A stretch of DNA of 58,685 nucleotides from Catajapyx aquilonaris (lineage: Eukaryota): positions 62,001 through 120,685 of the forward strand of contig KZ538124.1 of NCBI GenBank assembly GCA_000934665.2. The letters run 5' to 3'. The translations under genes and the position numbers were made by a program. The notes beneath the pieces were generated by a model, which was not told the DNA's origin, made no database searches, and saw nothing but the letters and a program-made list of their open reading frames with translations. Of this stretch, positions 42,801 through 55,316 are shown in pieces (position 1 is the stretch's first letter; each line of letters opens with the position of its first letter).

Positions 42801-45800
42801 TGGCATTTGGCAATTTTAAGTACAACCCGATCCTCCTGCAGGCCCGCACTTGTGGCCATTACGATTGTACCAGCAACATCGTAATTGCCACCTGCTTCCT
42901 TCTTCCTCCCCAAAAAACACCCCATCTGGATGCTAAAAAAAAGAAAATCGGAAAAAAATAACACTCGAAACCTATACTGGGTTTGGGCAAATGTTTCCTC
43001 CCTCAGCACCCAAACTCGGTCACTTCCCAGCATCTGAGCAGCCGTTTATGACTCACTCAAAAGAGATGATCTGAAGGGAAGGGAAATGGTTCCAAAAGGA
43101 TTCCTATACGACAGCAACTCTCAGTCTGTTCGGTAGGAGGTCGATGGAATGGAAAAAAAAATAGAAAGGAAGAGAGCAGAGGAGGAGGGGGTTTTAAACT
43201 CCGGATTCTTAGAAGGAAAACAAACAGCAATGGCTTTCGCAGTGTTTATACAACAGTTTCGGAAGAGGAGTCCTGGCGGGCACCAACATCCCAACCCCAA
43301 GAGAACTGGAAGGAAATTTAGTGCAGTTGCCGGACAAATAATCCTGCCGCCTGGAAAAAAAAGGGAAATAACGAAAAAAAAGAGACGAAAAGACTGGAAA
43401 CTGCGGAGACACTTTATAAAAATGCGGCTGGAAGAAAACGATAAAAAAGTTAACCTTTTCCTCTCAGTTTTTTTTGTGTGCGCGAGCTCTTTTTTTTCCT
43501 TGTCCGATGCTCGTCCTTTGTGGTCAGAGTTAATGTCCGGTTTGGGAATATGGTTGGGGAGTCCCAAATTGTACTCTGGCGCCTACCACCAATCTGCTGA
43601 CCGCAACACACTTCTCACCATGGACGATTTTTACGTCAGGATGGGCTATTTTTCAGGATAACAACTCTTTCAAGGACATGTTTATTCGTTCTAAAGGCCG
43701 TTTGATGATCGTATCGCCCTCGGGTTACGGGACGTTATTATGGTTGGGGGTCGGTGCTACATATCATTCGGGAATCTAAAATTCATCACCAATGACAGGG
43801 GGGGCCATTGTTCAGTAAAAGTTCTGGTAATAGAAAATTTCAAAAGGCGATAAAAGACTGCAATTGCACTTCAGACCCTTTTATATAACGTTCTTAACTT
43901 GGAACAGATGTTGAGCTGTACCGTATAAAGGTTTTCTGCATTTTGTTGTCGATTTACTTAATTATTTTGATACTATTATTGTAACTCTATTGCGCATGTA
44001 TAATTATATATAGGTAGCGATTTTGAAGAACTATTAATCATTTATGAAATACTGTAGATTATATTATGAGCAATATGCTGCAACTAAACATGTCATAATT
44101 GTATGGTGTTATGCAATACTGAGGCAACCCATCACATGATAACAGTATTGACTATTGAGAAAAGGGGCTTTGAATGTCGCACCTGTCCTTTTAGGTCATT
44201 TATGGCAGAAGTATGCAGATTTCGTCAGCATAATTTTAATTGAATGAAGTACGATCCTTTGGGTATATTTTTTCCTGGGTTTAAATCAATTTTGACATTT
44301 TTTGTGGGTTAACACATTATTGCAAAACAATTAAAACTGTAAAAAAAATTAATAAGAAGCCCAGTGTTTTGATCATTTCCCTGGTCAGTTTATGCATCTG
44401 TACCAATTAAGTTCTAATATATTTAAAGTGACTATCATGTTGTGTAATGATATCACCTTTATTGTGGTAGTACATCGTGCGGGCCTTTGTGCCGTTGCTA
44501 TTTTAACGGCCCTCTGGGGCCAGAATACCCGTTCCGGCATACTCAACAGCAATTTTCATGGGACAGTCTGTCAAATAAAGGGTGTCCATTTTAAAAAAAA
44601 CTGCAGCTCCTCAAAACTGCATGGTTCCAGTGAGCCGGTTCATAGTCCCTTCCTCGTTCTAATGCTCCTCTGCTGATCCTAGCAGCCCATCAATTTCACT
44701 GGTCGAAAGATCACACATGTAGCGAATCAGGCTGGAACACGACAACCAGCAGGGTGTAACATCTAATGCAATTGGGTTGTGGCAACGGTTCCCACTGGGA
44801 AAAATGTGTGTTCCACCCCCACCCATCCACCCTCTCTCTCTCTCTCAAAAAAAAAGTGTCGATAAATATACCACCCCCGGTAATTTCCAGCATCACGATG
44901 TGGCACAAGATCTGTATGTCATGGCTGCCTTCCAGGCACGAAACCTGCTGGGAGTAATTACCGCACGTGGTCATATGGTCAGAAGAGATTAAGGTATTTA
45001 GAGGCCCCAGTTATTGTTCCTCTGTGGGCTACTTTTCAACGTGATTAGGTGCAGCGTTCATTATTGGCCGGGCGACCCACACCATTTAGGAGCAGGATAA
45101 AATACTGACCAATGCATGAGGCATTATGGTAAACTAATAGCGACGCAAATGCTGACGACGAAAACGCGCGTTATAATATTACACAAGCACTAGAAGCTAC
45201 TTTGAACCCCAGAGTGATATTCAGAGCATGGAATTTCATCAAGTGAAACTAATTTCAAAGCTCGGTATGAAATGCCCATTAAACACTATGGTTGCTTCAT
45301 GCCACTTTTCCCTAATTACTTGACATGGAAGTTTCCACCGTGTGGAACCACCCTTTACTCTTTTAAAAAAATATTGTTTGATTTGTTTCCCCCCCCCCCC
45401 TTTCCCATGGGATAAAAAATAGCATTCAGAGTCTCTATTTGTCGTATACGCGTCTATACCTATATTCTGATGCTTTTGTTATACGCCAACTGCAAATGCA
45501 GGCTTAGTTACTCCAACTGCCACTCAATGTTTTGCAAAACACTCAAAGGGATGCCCTGCATATCGCTGTGCACGCAAACAATGCCCACCTGATTATCCTT
45601 TGTGCACGCAAAATTGACACCAGGATTTACAGCTGATTTTGTAAAGTTAGCTCCCCACCCTGTTGGCACAATGCTGCCTCTTGAGTTCTCAAATACACCC
45701 ACATTGTGTGAAGCAAATCTATGCTTTTGCTCAGATTGAAATTTGCACCGAACATAATGCTATTATGGCTACATGGCCCCGGCACTATTTTTAAAATGTT

Positions 45801-46555
45801 GATCATACAAGGTGTTTAGCAAACATGAGGAATATATTTACAGATTTTCCAGGTTGCTAGACCCCAATGGGGGCAATAAATCCTTGCTGTAATAATCTAC
45901 AACATTTTGTACGTCGTGTAAATTTTATTTTACAGGTTACCTCCATGCACTTTTCCTGCACCTTTAAAACTCGTCACGGTTCAAGTTCGAAATCCCTTCC
46001 CTTTGAAAGCTTAAACCTCCTGCACATTAATAAGCCATACCTTGTGCCAGCCACTGCTTGAACTCTCTCTCTCTGAAAACAGTATTGACCCAACCCCTGG
46101 CAGAATCCTGACCCGCCTTCACTTCGCACTTGGCAGTCATGTAACCCTAGAATCTCTCCCTGTCTGCCCTTCCCTTTTTTTTTAAACCTGTCCCTCAGTT
46201 AATCTAAACGAAGCTTACACATGCTGTACACTCCACCTCACACCCAATCCTGGGAAAGGGCCCGTGTGCCGCCCTTTCTGAAAATCCCCAGAGAGTCGAA
46301 TCGGAGGCAGAGCCTGGCTCCTCTAATAGCAAACATAATGCAAATGAGGAACTGGTATGCTCACCTGGGAAAGGCCCCTCAATCTCGGCCTTCATTGGTA
46401 CACTGGAGCATCTGCCGGGAGATCCAAGATTAATTCGATAGCAGGCGAAATGAGGCCTGCTTAACATCCCCCACCCCCCACCCCTACCAAGCACTCACCT
46501 CTCTAGTACTGGTACAGTAATGTCGAGGGCGTAATGCATGCGCTGGATTGAAGGG

Positions 46556-46577
46556 GGGATTTCCCAAGGGATTTCCC
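46556..46577 (+). promoter_or_regulatory. Tandem pair of NF-kB/Rel-type sites
   Basis: GGGATTTCCC-AA-GGGATTTCCC; both copies fit the Rel/NF-kB consensus (GGGRNWYYCC-type). Confidence 0.35.
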
Positions 46578-49500
46578 TGGCACTCAGGCCTCCAAAAATT
46601 TATAACTGTGGAGGACGGGACCTCGAGTTCTTTGTCATTTGCATTCCCATGTCGACGTCGATGAAGAGACACAAAAGTACGTCATTGCATAATTAGTGCT
46701 CTCAGGGAAATAATGAGCGGCGGACAGTGTGCAGCATGTGTAGAGTAGAGATTCCTAGGGTCTTTTCTCTCTACTTTTTTTTAGGAGTACCCAGGGCCTG
46801 GAATGGATCCGAGGGCCTTGTTTCGAATTCATGGATCGTTTCCTCCGAAGGTTATTTGACAGCAGCCATGAGCTGTTTTTCATCGTTTTCGCTAGGATCC
46901 TCGCGATGACTCCAAACGACCTCGCTCAATTTCGCCCGGATTTTACCCCCGGATTCAGATAACATGTGTGGGCCTTAGATGCCCATACAAACTTATGGCG
47001 TGGCTCACGAAAAAAATATATATGTTGCAGCTCCTGGACTGCCCGGGGCCTTGAATGAGCCTTTCGTAGGCATAAAATGCTTGGAACAAACCATCCATTG
47101 CAAGGCATCGACATATAAAAAAGCGGCCTTAAATTTATTTATAAGTACTGCAGTTTTAGAAAGTGGTTAATGGCAACATTATGTTTCCGGTGTTAAAAAA
47201 AACAAAACGGGGCCAGCGACCTGGTGTTCTTTCATCCTGCGTACATCTCAACCCTCCAGACACTTCTGTTTGAATGGAAGCGAAGCATTCAGGATACATT
47301 TGTATAGCGTACTGTATGCAGTGCATTCTGTACTCGGGACTGTTTGTAACAATAGCAATACATAGAGGTGATTACAACTACTGTACGTACGAGGACACCC
47401 TTTTCTGCCGGGACTTGCAGGAGTAATTATTATAGACGGAATGAGAAATTGGGTGTCACATTATTTTATCCTGCAGTGTATTAATTTGAAAATTTTTACA
47501 TCGCAATTCACGATCATGTTGAAAACATCCGCGTATTTACATACACCGTATGGTTCATAAATGCCCAGCCTGTCATCAGATTGTGTGCCAAAAACGCTAT
47601 GAAACATGCCTGCCGTCGATTTCCACAGAATTGATGTGAATTAAAATTATAAAACAATTATGCGTGTTAGGTGTAAACATCTACCTAATTCTGGGTCCTA
47701 CAAGTGATTATGATGCATTGTTGTAAGCATTTGTACAACAATAGTCATCTCCCATGACATGTATATTTCACAGACCTGCATTCATAATTTTAAAACGACT
47801 TTTGGAATATTAAGGTATGAATAAAACGTACATATTTTTCAAATCCAATGGTACACTCGGATACAGTGTCTCACAATAACAAACTTTGTACCTGTCAATG
47901 ATTCGACGCTTGTTTTCTACAATACCCGTGTGCGCTGTAGGCTACTCAGAAGTTATCAGAAAATATATCAAATGTTCACAACGAAGATACTATTTCGGGG
48001 GTATATGATTCTGCAGAGCTCATTTTGCAGGCAGCACTTTAGTACCTGAGAAGCGTAGGTACTTTTTTGGTGACGACCACTTAACTTTGATTAAGTTCAG
48101 AGGTCAAAAAGGGACAAGTAGGAAACAATAAGACAAGAAGACCAAAGAGGAAGAACAGAGGTCTCTGACAAAAAGGATGGTATAACTGAAAGTCGCGTTA
48201 AGCCTATATATACACGCAGCAGCAGCAGTTTTGTACACGGCGTATCCCAGGAAAACTTCCTTCCTTCCTTCCTCAAACTTCCACCACAGCACAATCAGCA
48301 AGAGTGGTTGGACCACTTCAAAAGGCTCGAAACACAAATAGTTTTAGTTTATAACGCCTGCGCTTCTCCTTATTCCAGCAGAAACAACTTAACTTTTGCC
48401 AAAATTATAAAGTCGAGCTGCGACTGGAGGACCTGCCCAACATATAGCACGGAACAGTTATAATTGCAATTAACAAAATAGGCTGCACGGTATAGCGGTC
48501 ATGTCCAAACTATAATGGAAACCAAATTGATACATTGGTGGTCGATTAACCAGATTATAATATAAATTAAGGTCGGTGGTTGTTTGCCGTTGTCACAAAA
48601 TGTTGTATCATTAGGGTGAACCTTGTGATCAGTCAGACCTCAAGTGTGAAATTATTTGATTGGCAGCAATACAATACACCTATCTAATAGATGCAACGAC
48701 ACATTAAATGTCACAGTGCACTAAAAACAGAGCTCATTTTTAATGGTCCATCATAATCAAAGAAAACCACAAATTGCACCCTCCCAAGTTTCGCAAAGTA
48801 GCATCCATGTTTCGCTGTTTCACGTCTGAGTTGTAATAAGCGAAGTGAGATCAACGATCTCTAAACGGAACCTTGGCCTCTAATTACGCTTATAGAGGCT
48901 CAAGGGGGGTTTATTCACAGGACTCAGGTTCCAGTGCGTAATAAGCCACGTTAAATCCGCAAAATTCTCCTCCGGGAAATGGCCACGTCACGCTCTGTAC
49001 TTATGCAACTCTATACAGGATGTTACGAAAGCTTAATAGTATGTGCCTGTTTGTCCAGGGTGAGTCATCAGCTAGGTACATGTAGTACCACTGATTCTCG
49101 CAGGCTGAGAGTGGCAGCAGTGTGCATAGAGGGATGTTGCGCCATCTATGGGCGTAATATAATACTTTTTCCGTATTTTGCCAAAACATTTTTTGCGCGT
49201 CAAATCATGCGTAAGACGAGCACAGACCTTTAGACATGATGGACTTCCTCCTCCTGGACTTTTTCTTCCTTCCTAGAGTGCTGAACGGAATGCACTCCCA
49301 CATGATGCACTGGGACAGGTGGAAAGAAGTTGTAATGGTCGAGCATGGCCTTCTGGGAGCTGGTTGTTGTTGGGGAAAAATCAAGGAGAGGCGACCTCCA
49401 TCTCGGGAGCCCCAGAATGGAGGAGGCAGAAAAGGAGGGAAGGAGTCGTCGTCGGCGTCGGTCTCGGCGACGGCGGCCTCGCTTTGACGTCGCATTCTCA

Positions 49501-52500
49501 TCCAACTGTCACTCGCGAACCTCTCTTGCATGGACATTTTCAACGGCTGAGCTGGAAATAAATAGGAAAGAAAAGAACGGGCTGTGTTTAGTTTGCTTCG
49601 GATCTGTCTCCAATTGCAGGGTGGTCCAAGAGTGCACAGTATTTGCGACGGATAAATTAAGCAAATGTGTTCAAATGAGAGTTGAAAATGAAAGCAAGCC
49701 AAGAACAGGCTGGAGAGAGCAAAAAAATGTGTCTGACTTCATGATACGGCGCGTCAAGGCAAAAAGGCCTCCGGAACATTGCTGGGAAATGCCTTCCAAC
49801 TGGCGGAACCACCCAAATGAAGTCGGCACCAGCACCTGCAATTTACTCACTTTTTTGTCCGTATGTCTATGGGGGGGGGGGGGCCTTGATTGTGTGTAAT
49901 ATTTTATGTTGCTTTAAACTACAAGCAGAGAATCAACCTCTCTCCTGGGTTTTGCATTAGGCCTCTGGATTAATGCTGAGCCTAATGGATGAAATCCGGA
50001 AGTGGTGTAGTCAATTCAAGACCACCTACGCTGCAGGTATTAGTTTTGTTGCACACTCAGTGTAAACTGCAATACTTTGTTGTGCACTTGAATTTACCCA
50101 TACAGTCCGACCTGCAAAAGCAGCAGAAAGATCAGCAGTTTCTTTTTCTCCGGTCAATTCGTTGCCTGTTCCCATTTACTCTGGTGCATGGCTTTTCGAC
50201 GCAATAGTCGAGCCTCCAAAGCGCACTTCAAAGCTTCAAAAGAAGTGATAACGGACCGCCAAATTGATTCTACAAGGGTTTGCTTTCCGCCTTTTCCCTC
50301 TCTCTACGAATCAATAGCCAAGTCCGCCCTTGTAATATGCAACCAGTTTATTTTCTTTTCTCTAACATCACAAAGGACAAAAAAAATGTGAAACCCACCC
50401 TTGTTATAGTATACAGCGGACCAAGAGACGACCTGACCAGTCTATACAGTATCCCCTTCTGCTGTGTTCATCCAGGTGCACTAGTCGCGAAACCGAAATG
50501 AATCAGTAAACTATTTAGGAAGTATCAGGAAGTCTGAGGAAACCCTCCAAGAGACGCTTAATACAATCCGGGACAATCTAACCAGATTTTCTGGTCGGTG
50601 TGTTTGTGGATTTAGTGCTCTTGGATGCGCTCGGAGGGCACATAACTCTGCCTTCTTTGAGGGCAGATGCTGGAATAAGGGAGGTTAGAGAGAGTCTGAA
50701 GGGGCTTCAAGGAAAGGGCCGGTTTTTGCGGCTGCACCCAAAGTCCCACCTGAGACCAACCCTTAGGGAGGTTCTGTACTCTCACAAGGATATGGATAAT
50801 TATAGAACCAATTAATTACTGACCTACTGGTAGATCTCCCTATGATATCACCTCACAATGAATACTTCCAGTGAATGGCAGTATATTTTTAACCCTTCAG
50901 CGAAAAATGGGTCACGTTTGTGACGGAAAAAGATAAAATTAAAACGGGCCGTCGACTCTTCCTAAAAACTGACTCAGAGGTGACTTCCCATTCGCCACAT
51001 GCAGGTTCGCATTATATCCTCAAGCATTTTTTTTTTTTTTTTGAAGCGTCCTCTCCGATATTTTAGTTACGAGTCACATAGGACAATTTTTATGGAGGCG
51101 TCTTTAATGGGCGGGACCGTTAGACGAGCAGCCTTCCGCAGGAAGATTAATGGCTCTGAGAATACCTTTCATCCATCTGCAATTCGACTGCATCTCCGCA
51201 CACCAGCTCCATATAGCAAGCCTGCATTTTTGTTCCTCAGGACCCGGTAAAATGCTTACGACTAATAAAAAAGAACTTCTGGAATAGTAATTTTCTAAGG
51301 GTGAAAAAAGAGGGCAATTAGTTATCAACTTTTCAACCCAAGAGCTAATGCAAAAAATTGTGCACCACATTCAATTGTAAAATGTATGAACGTCGGAAGA
51401 AAAACATGTTAACTGTCGTACTGTACTGATGTTTACATGTTTTTTTTTCTCCCGAGCCCTTCATTTTTTGCAGCTTCATTTTAGCCCTCATTTGCCCCTA
51501 ATTTTTATGACGTCACGTTTCTCTTCAAAAAAAAATATGCGCAGAAAACCTATTGATTGGTTATTACTGGGTTATTAGCTGCAATACACCATTGTGAATA
51601 TTCAAAAAAAAGGGGGGGGGGGGAGGCTGCTCCTCTTTCCCGGAGCGCTGCTGCTTATCTTGCTCACACTATGGCGATGCAGCAGCCGAGTACATTATTT
51701 TTCGCAAAAAGTGGCGCAAAATTTTCGCTTGCAGAATATTAGATAAGTGAAGCCCCCCCCCCCCCCTCGCGAAGCGAATTAGGGCGTGATTGGGTCGAAA
51801 GAAGGGAAAAAAAGGGGGGGGGGGGCGATAGTCCGTGCAACGTGCTAGTGAAGCAAATTGGCGCTAATGAGCCAAGCGCGTACACTTTAACTGAGTATAT
51901 TTTTAAGTTCTACAATTTCTTTCGTTCAAGTTATTCTTTATAACAAGAGGAAGGGGTTTTAAGGGCCGCGGTGGCTAATCCCACACGAGACAGGAGAAGG
52001 CACGGGGCACTTTCTGGAATGAATGCTTGCCTTTTTCTTGAGGGCTCTCTAATGGAGAAGCTTCCCAGGCAAGTGTTTGGGATTGCATTTGTAAATTGTT
52101 TCCAGAGCGGCCACGTTGCAGCCAATGGGAATGAGCCAAGCGATGTCTCTAACCAATCAATTTTGAGCTCCCAATATTTTTCCTTTTGGCCCATTGAATC
52201 AGAGATTAGCTGGACAGTCCAGTGTCCAGTGTCTAAAGTGGGTGTGCCAGGAGAGGTCAGCAAACCGTCTGTGATTAACGACATGTTTTCGGCGGGTGAT
52301 GTCACAGCGAGAGGGCCTGGCTGTTCAAGTGTGTTGATGGATGGGGGATGGTCCTAGTGGCACTAACAAACTGGGTCCTATGCACGTGTGGATATCCTGC
52401 CCGAAACACTGCATTGTTATCGGAGAATCCGTTTGTCAGATGGACGAGTCAGGGAACCATTAGACTAATGGAAAAACTGGAGCTTGATCCTCGCAGGGGC

Positions 52501-53789
52501 CACGCTTTTTAACCTTCCTCTAATTGGAGAGGACCACTAATGGCCGAAAGACAGAGGAGATAAAATCCCTGTACCTGCTGGGTAAGAAGCGGTGTTAATT
52601 CAGCCGGGCATTGTACCCCGCACACACTCACACACGATGCTCACACACGTCTCGACTCGCACTGGCACAGAAATCGCGGGAGTCTTGCCAGGTTGAACCC
52701 CATATAGATAGAATGATGGCCCCGAGTGCATTTACCCTTCTTCTTTTTTCCTGCCCACGCCCCTTTCCCTTTTGCTTTGCTTTGCTTCCTCTTGGCTGCT
52801 TCGATTGCGACACTCCTTATCCGGACAGGTGTCATCAACTTGGTGACACCTCGGCTGGTTTTAGACGACACGTGCGGTGTGAAAACGCAGAGTGACGATT
52901 TTGGATTTGATGCTACCCCCCCAGTGTCATGAACGGTCACAAAAGCAGGGGACACACCTTATTGAAGCACATAATATTGCATAACACTGAACCTTTAGCT
53001 AACTAAAGTTTGGTCTTTGCTATTCATTCTGCATGTGTTTGCACAAAAACTGATTTATGTAGGCTACTTCGCAAAAAAATTCCACCGGTGAGCTCATTTT
53101 TCAATAATTATTCTACCGATATGGGGCCAAAATAATAAGCGGTTCATTTCAGTTCATTGAGTGTGACGTTTTTTTCCCCCCTTCTGGCTTTTGCATAATA
53201 TATCAGCTCGCATGTGCAGCATACCTACACTGTGCGTACTCTCCAAGCGCCTTTGTAAATTGGTGAATGGTCATAATTGACGAACAGTGAAATGATGTCA
53301 TGAAATAAATTTTCTCTACATACATGGAATCATGTACAATATTTTCCATTGTCCAACTGCTGTGTTTGTTGCTATACGGTATTAATTGGTCAATTTGAAA
53401 TTACATTACGGTTTTGTTACACTTGCACTATCTGCATCGAGTAGGCCATATGTCAGCACCGGACTTCCGTAATCTCAAGGAGGTTGAAAGTGACTGGAAT
53501 GTATGGGATGGCCATGGCCCAAAAACAACCTGACCTACTAGTCATGATCAAACAAATAAAATAAATAGGATTCTGGGTTTGAAGGGCCCTACACTTCCTC
53601 AAAAGTGGTACTGCCTCGACACTTCACTGAGATATTTATTGCCACCCCCGTCTCAACAAGTCACACATTATTTCATCACCTCAAGTGCTGACTACTTTTA
53701 GCTTCTGCTTGTTACACAGTTGGCCAGTAATGTTGCTCTTATGTTGCCTGATGTTTTGAGCTTGTGCTGTACAGTTTCCTCGAGAATAC

Positions 53790-54203
53790 CACTTGCAAGT
53801 GCTCAAAAATTGATGCATGGTGTGCTGCTTTATATACAAGACCACACTCCTGCTCTTACGGCACAGTTGCTGTGACGGAAGGTACCTTCCACCTCCCCCT
53901 CATTCAGCCTACTCGCCAGATCCGGTGGCCCCTTCAGACTTTTTCTTGTTTCCCAATATGAAAAAACAACTTTGTGGAAGGCCCCATGGATCCAACGCTG
54001 AAGTGATCAGTGGTGTGGAGGTGCTGGATGGGGGGATGGGGGGTTCAGAAACAAATTTATCAGGATGGGCTAGAAAAACAGGAGACATGCTGGAAAAAGT
54101 GTATCAATGTGAAAGGAGACTACGCTGATAAATTATTAAATATTTCTGTTTGCCTAGGTGTTGTCTTTCATGGAAATTCTCATCACTTTCTGAACACTCC
54201 TTG
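53790..54203 (+). mobile_element. Decayed 3' part of a mariner (DD34D-type) transposon
   Basis: Frameshifted motifs: GVLLY/QDHTPALTA (cf. VLLHxDNAPxH), PHSAYSPDPVAPSDFFLFPNMKKQLCGR (cf. HPPYSPDLAPSDF.LF) and YQDGLEK..TCWKKCINVKGDY. It ends in a mariner-like right TIR (ACTTTCTGAACACTCCTTG) followed by TA at 54204-05. The left boundary is approximate. Confidence 0.85.
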
Positions 54204-54293
54204 TATCCTTATCCAACTGTGGTTTTTCTTGGAATTTTCAAACACAGTTGTTTAAAACTTGAAGAAAGTGTTGTTGTACATGGGTAATGGCTA

Positions 54294-54345
54294 CAGGGTG
54301 AAGACAAAACGAACCGACCATTCATTGAGAATAACTTTCACTAAT
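54294..54345 (+). mobile_element. Possible orphan Tc1/mariner-type terminus
   Basis: TA|CAGGGTGAAGACAAAACGAACCGAC; no partner found. Confidence 0.25.
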
Positions 54346-54479
54346 ACAGGCTATGCTACTAACCAATCAGATATTCATTATCACTCCTTATTAAAAGAAT
54401 CACATGCTCAAAACTAGTTTTATTCCTGAGACAAACCAGATAAGAAAGCTACAAATTATGTGGCTCACAAAATATTCAC

Positions 54480-54485
54480 TTTATT
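54480..54485 (-). terminator. Candidate polyadenylation signal (AATAAA) of the TEX11-like gene
   Basis: Plus-strand TTTATT about 220 bp past the stop codon; a second candidate lies at 54419-54424. The hexamer is common in AT-rich DNA. Confidence 0.35.
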
Positions 54486-54707
54486 ATTTACATATTTGCA
54501 AGGGCCACTGACAAAACGAAACTGCAACAACCCTTGCAATTTAGGAACATCAACGTAACACAAAACAATGCTTGAACATATTCCAAGTATTTGGAAAAAT
54601 AAATATTGAACTTTGGGCAATAAATTAAAAGAACAGAAATAATGATTTAAGATTTGTTTTGAGAGGTTGTGAAATTCAACATCTCATGAATTTCACAACA
54701 TTCTAGA

Positions 54708-54855
54708 CTACCCCTTTGCGTCCAGCTGTGGACCATCAGACGTATTGTTCACTGCATCTCCAAAATTAGCATTGTAAAAGTCCAGCATCTTCTCTCCGCA
54801 AGGAGCGTTCAGGTTGGGAACTCCATTTAGAATTGAGAGAGCCAACTGCATCCAC
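54708..54855 (-). CDS. TEX11: Terminal coding exon of a TEX11/ZIP4/SPO22-like meiotic TPR protein
   Basis: Minus-strand acceptor TTTCCGTCCTCCAG|G, then an open frame WMQLALSILNGVPNLNAPCGEKMLDFYNANFGDAVNNTSDGPQLDAKG-TAG. Its first G completes the split codon AT|G from the previous exon. It resembles, from memory, the TEX11/ZIP4 C-terminus (AEKWxxLAL..L......Y...M...Y). No database search was run. Confidence 0.75.
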
Positions 54856-55239
54856 CTGGAGGACGGAAAATCAATCACAATGTAATCAATGTTGGAAGCA
54901 AGGTAGCTAATTAAGTGGGAAATGGTTAGGGAATCTGGTCCCAAATGAGGGAAATGTATTATTAATGCAACCATCTCTTAAAAAAGTTGGTTTTTCTAAT
55001 CTGGTAAAAATTGTAATGATACAAAATCTCATAAGTCTGATAGATCCAGACTTTAATTCTGTAATTATCCAGTCATATTGTTTTGTTTTTCAGTCATTGC
55101 TGACCCTTGTGACATCAATTCTATTCCAAGGCGCAAAAAATATTCTATCTGACTAACTGACTATGAGCACTTCAAAAGTGTTAGCTTTTACAATTGTATA
55201 GTTTGATATGGGTTACGAGCTACCTTGATTTATACTTAC
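54856..55239 (-). other. GT-AG intron (384 bp, phase 2) of the TEX11-like gene
   Basis: Starts GTAAGT and ends with a pyrimidine tract plus CAG on the minus strand; removing it gives a continuous frame. Confidence 0.75.
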
Positions 55240-55316
55240 ATTTCGGCACTCTCCTTCCTGACCTGGTGAAGCCTTGTAGCTCCTATATTCCAGCATCGGG
55301 TCATAATCCACATAGC
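55240..55316 (-). CDS. TEX11: Penultimate coding exon of the TEX11/ZIP4-like gene
   Basis: Acceptor TGTCTTTTACAG| and donor |GTAAGT flank a 77-bp exon encoding AMWIMTRCWNIGATRLHQVRKESAE plus AT. This matches the remembered TEX11/ZIP4 motif (E)xxWLxxxxWNxG........AExW. Splice phase is compatible with the 54855-54708 exon. Confidence 0.75.

Noticed and set aside
43121..43661. Overlapping 170-aa and 148-aa ORFs
   Set aside because: They arise from purine/pyrimidine tracts (K/R/E- or F/L/S-rich), with no recognisable domain or supporting splice structure.
47289..47310. TCAGGATACATTTGTATAGCGT resembles the reverse complement of miR-iab-4-5p as recalled
   Set aside because: The match has indels near the seed end, there is no complementary arm to form a precursor hairpin, and no Hox homeobox is visible in the window.
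49205..49899. 184-aa and 165-aa ORFs, among the longest in the window
   Set aside because: A GC-rich low-complexity stretch open in several frames at once; no recognisable protein.
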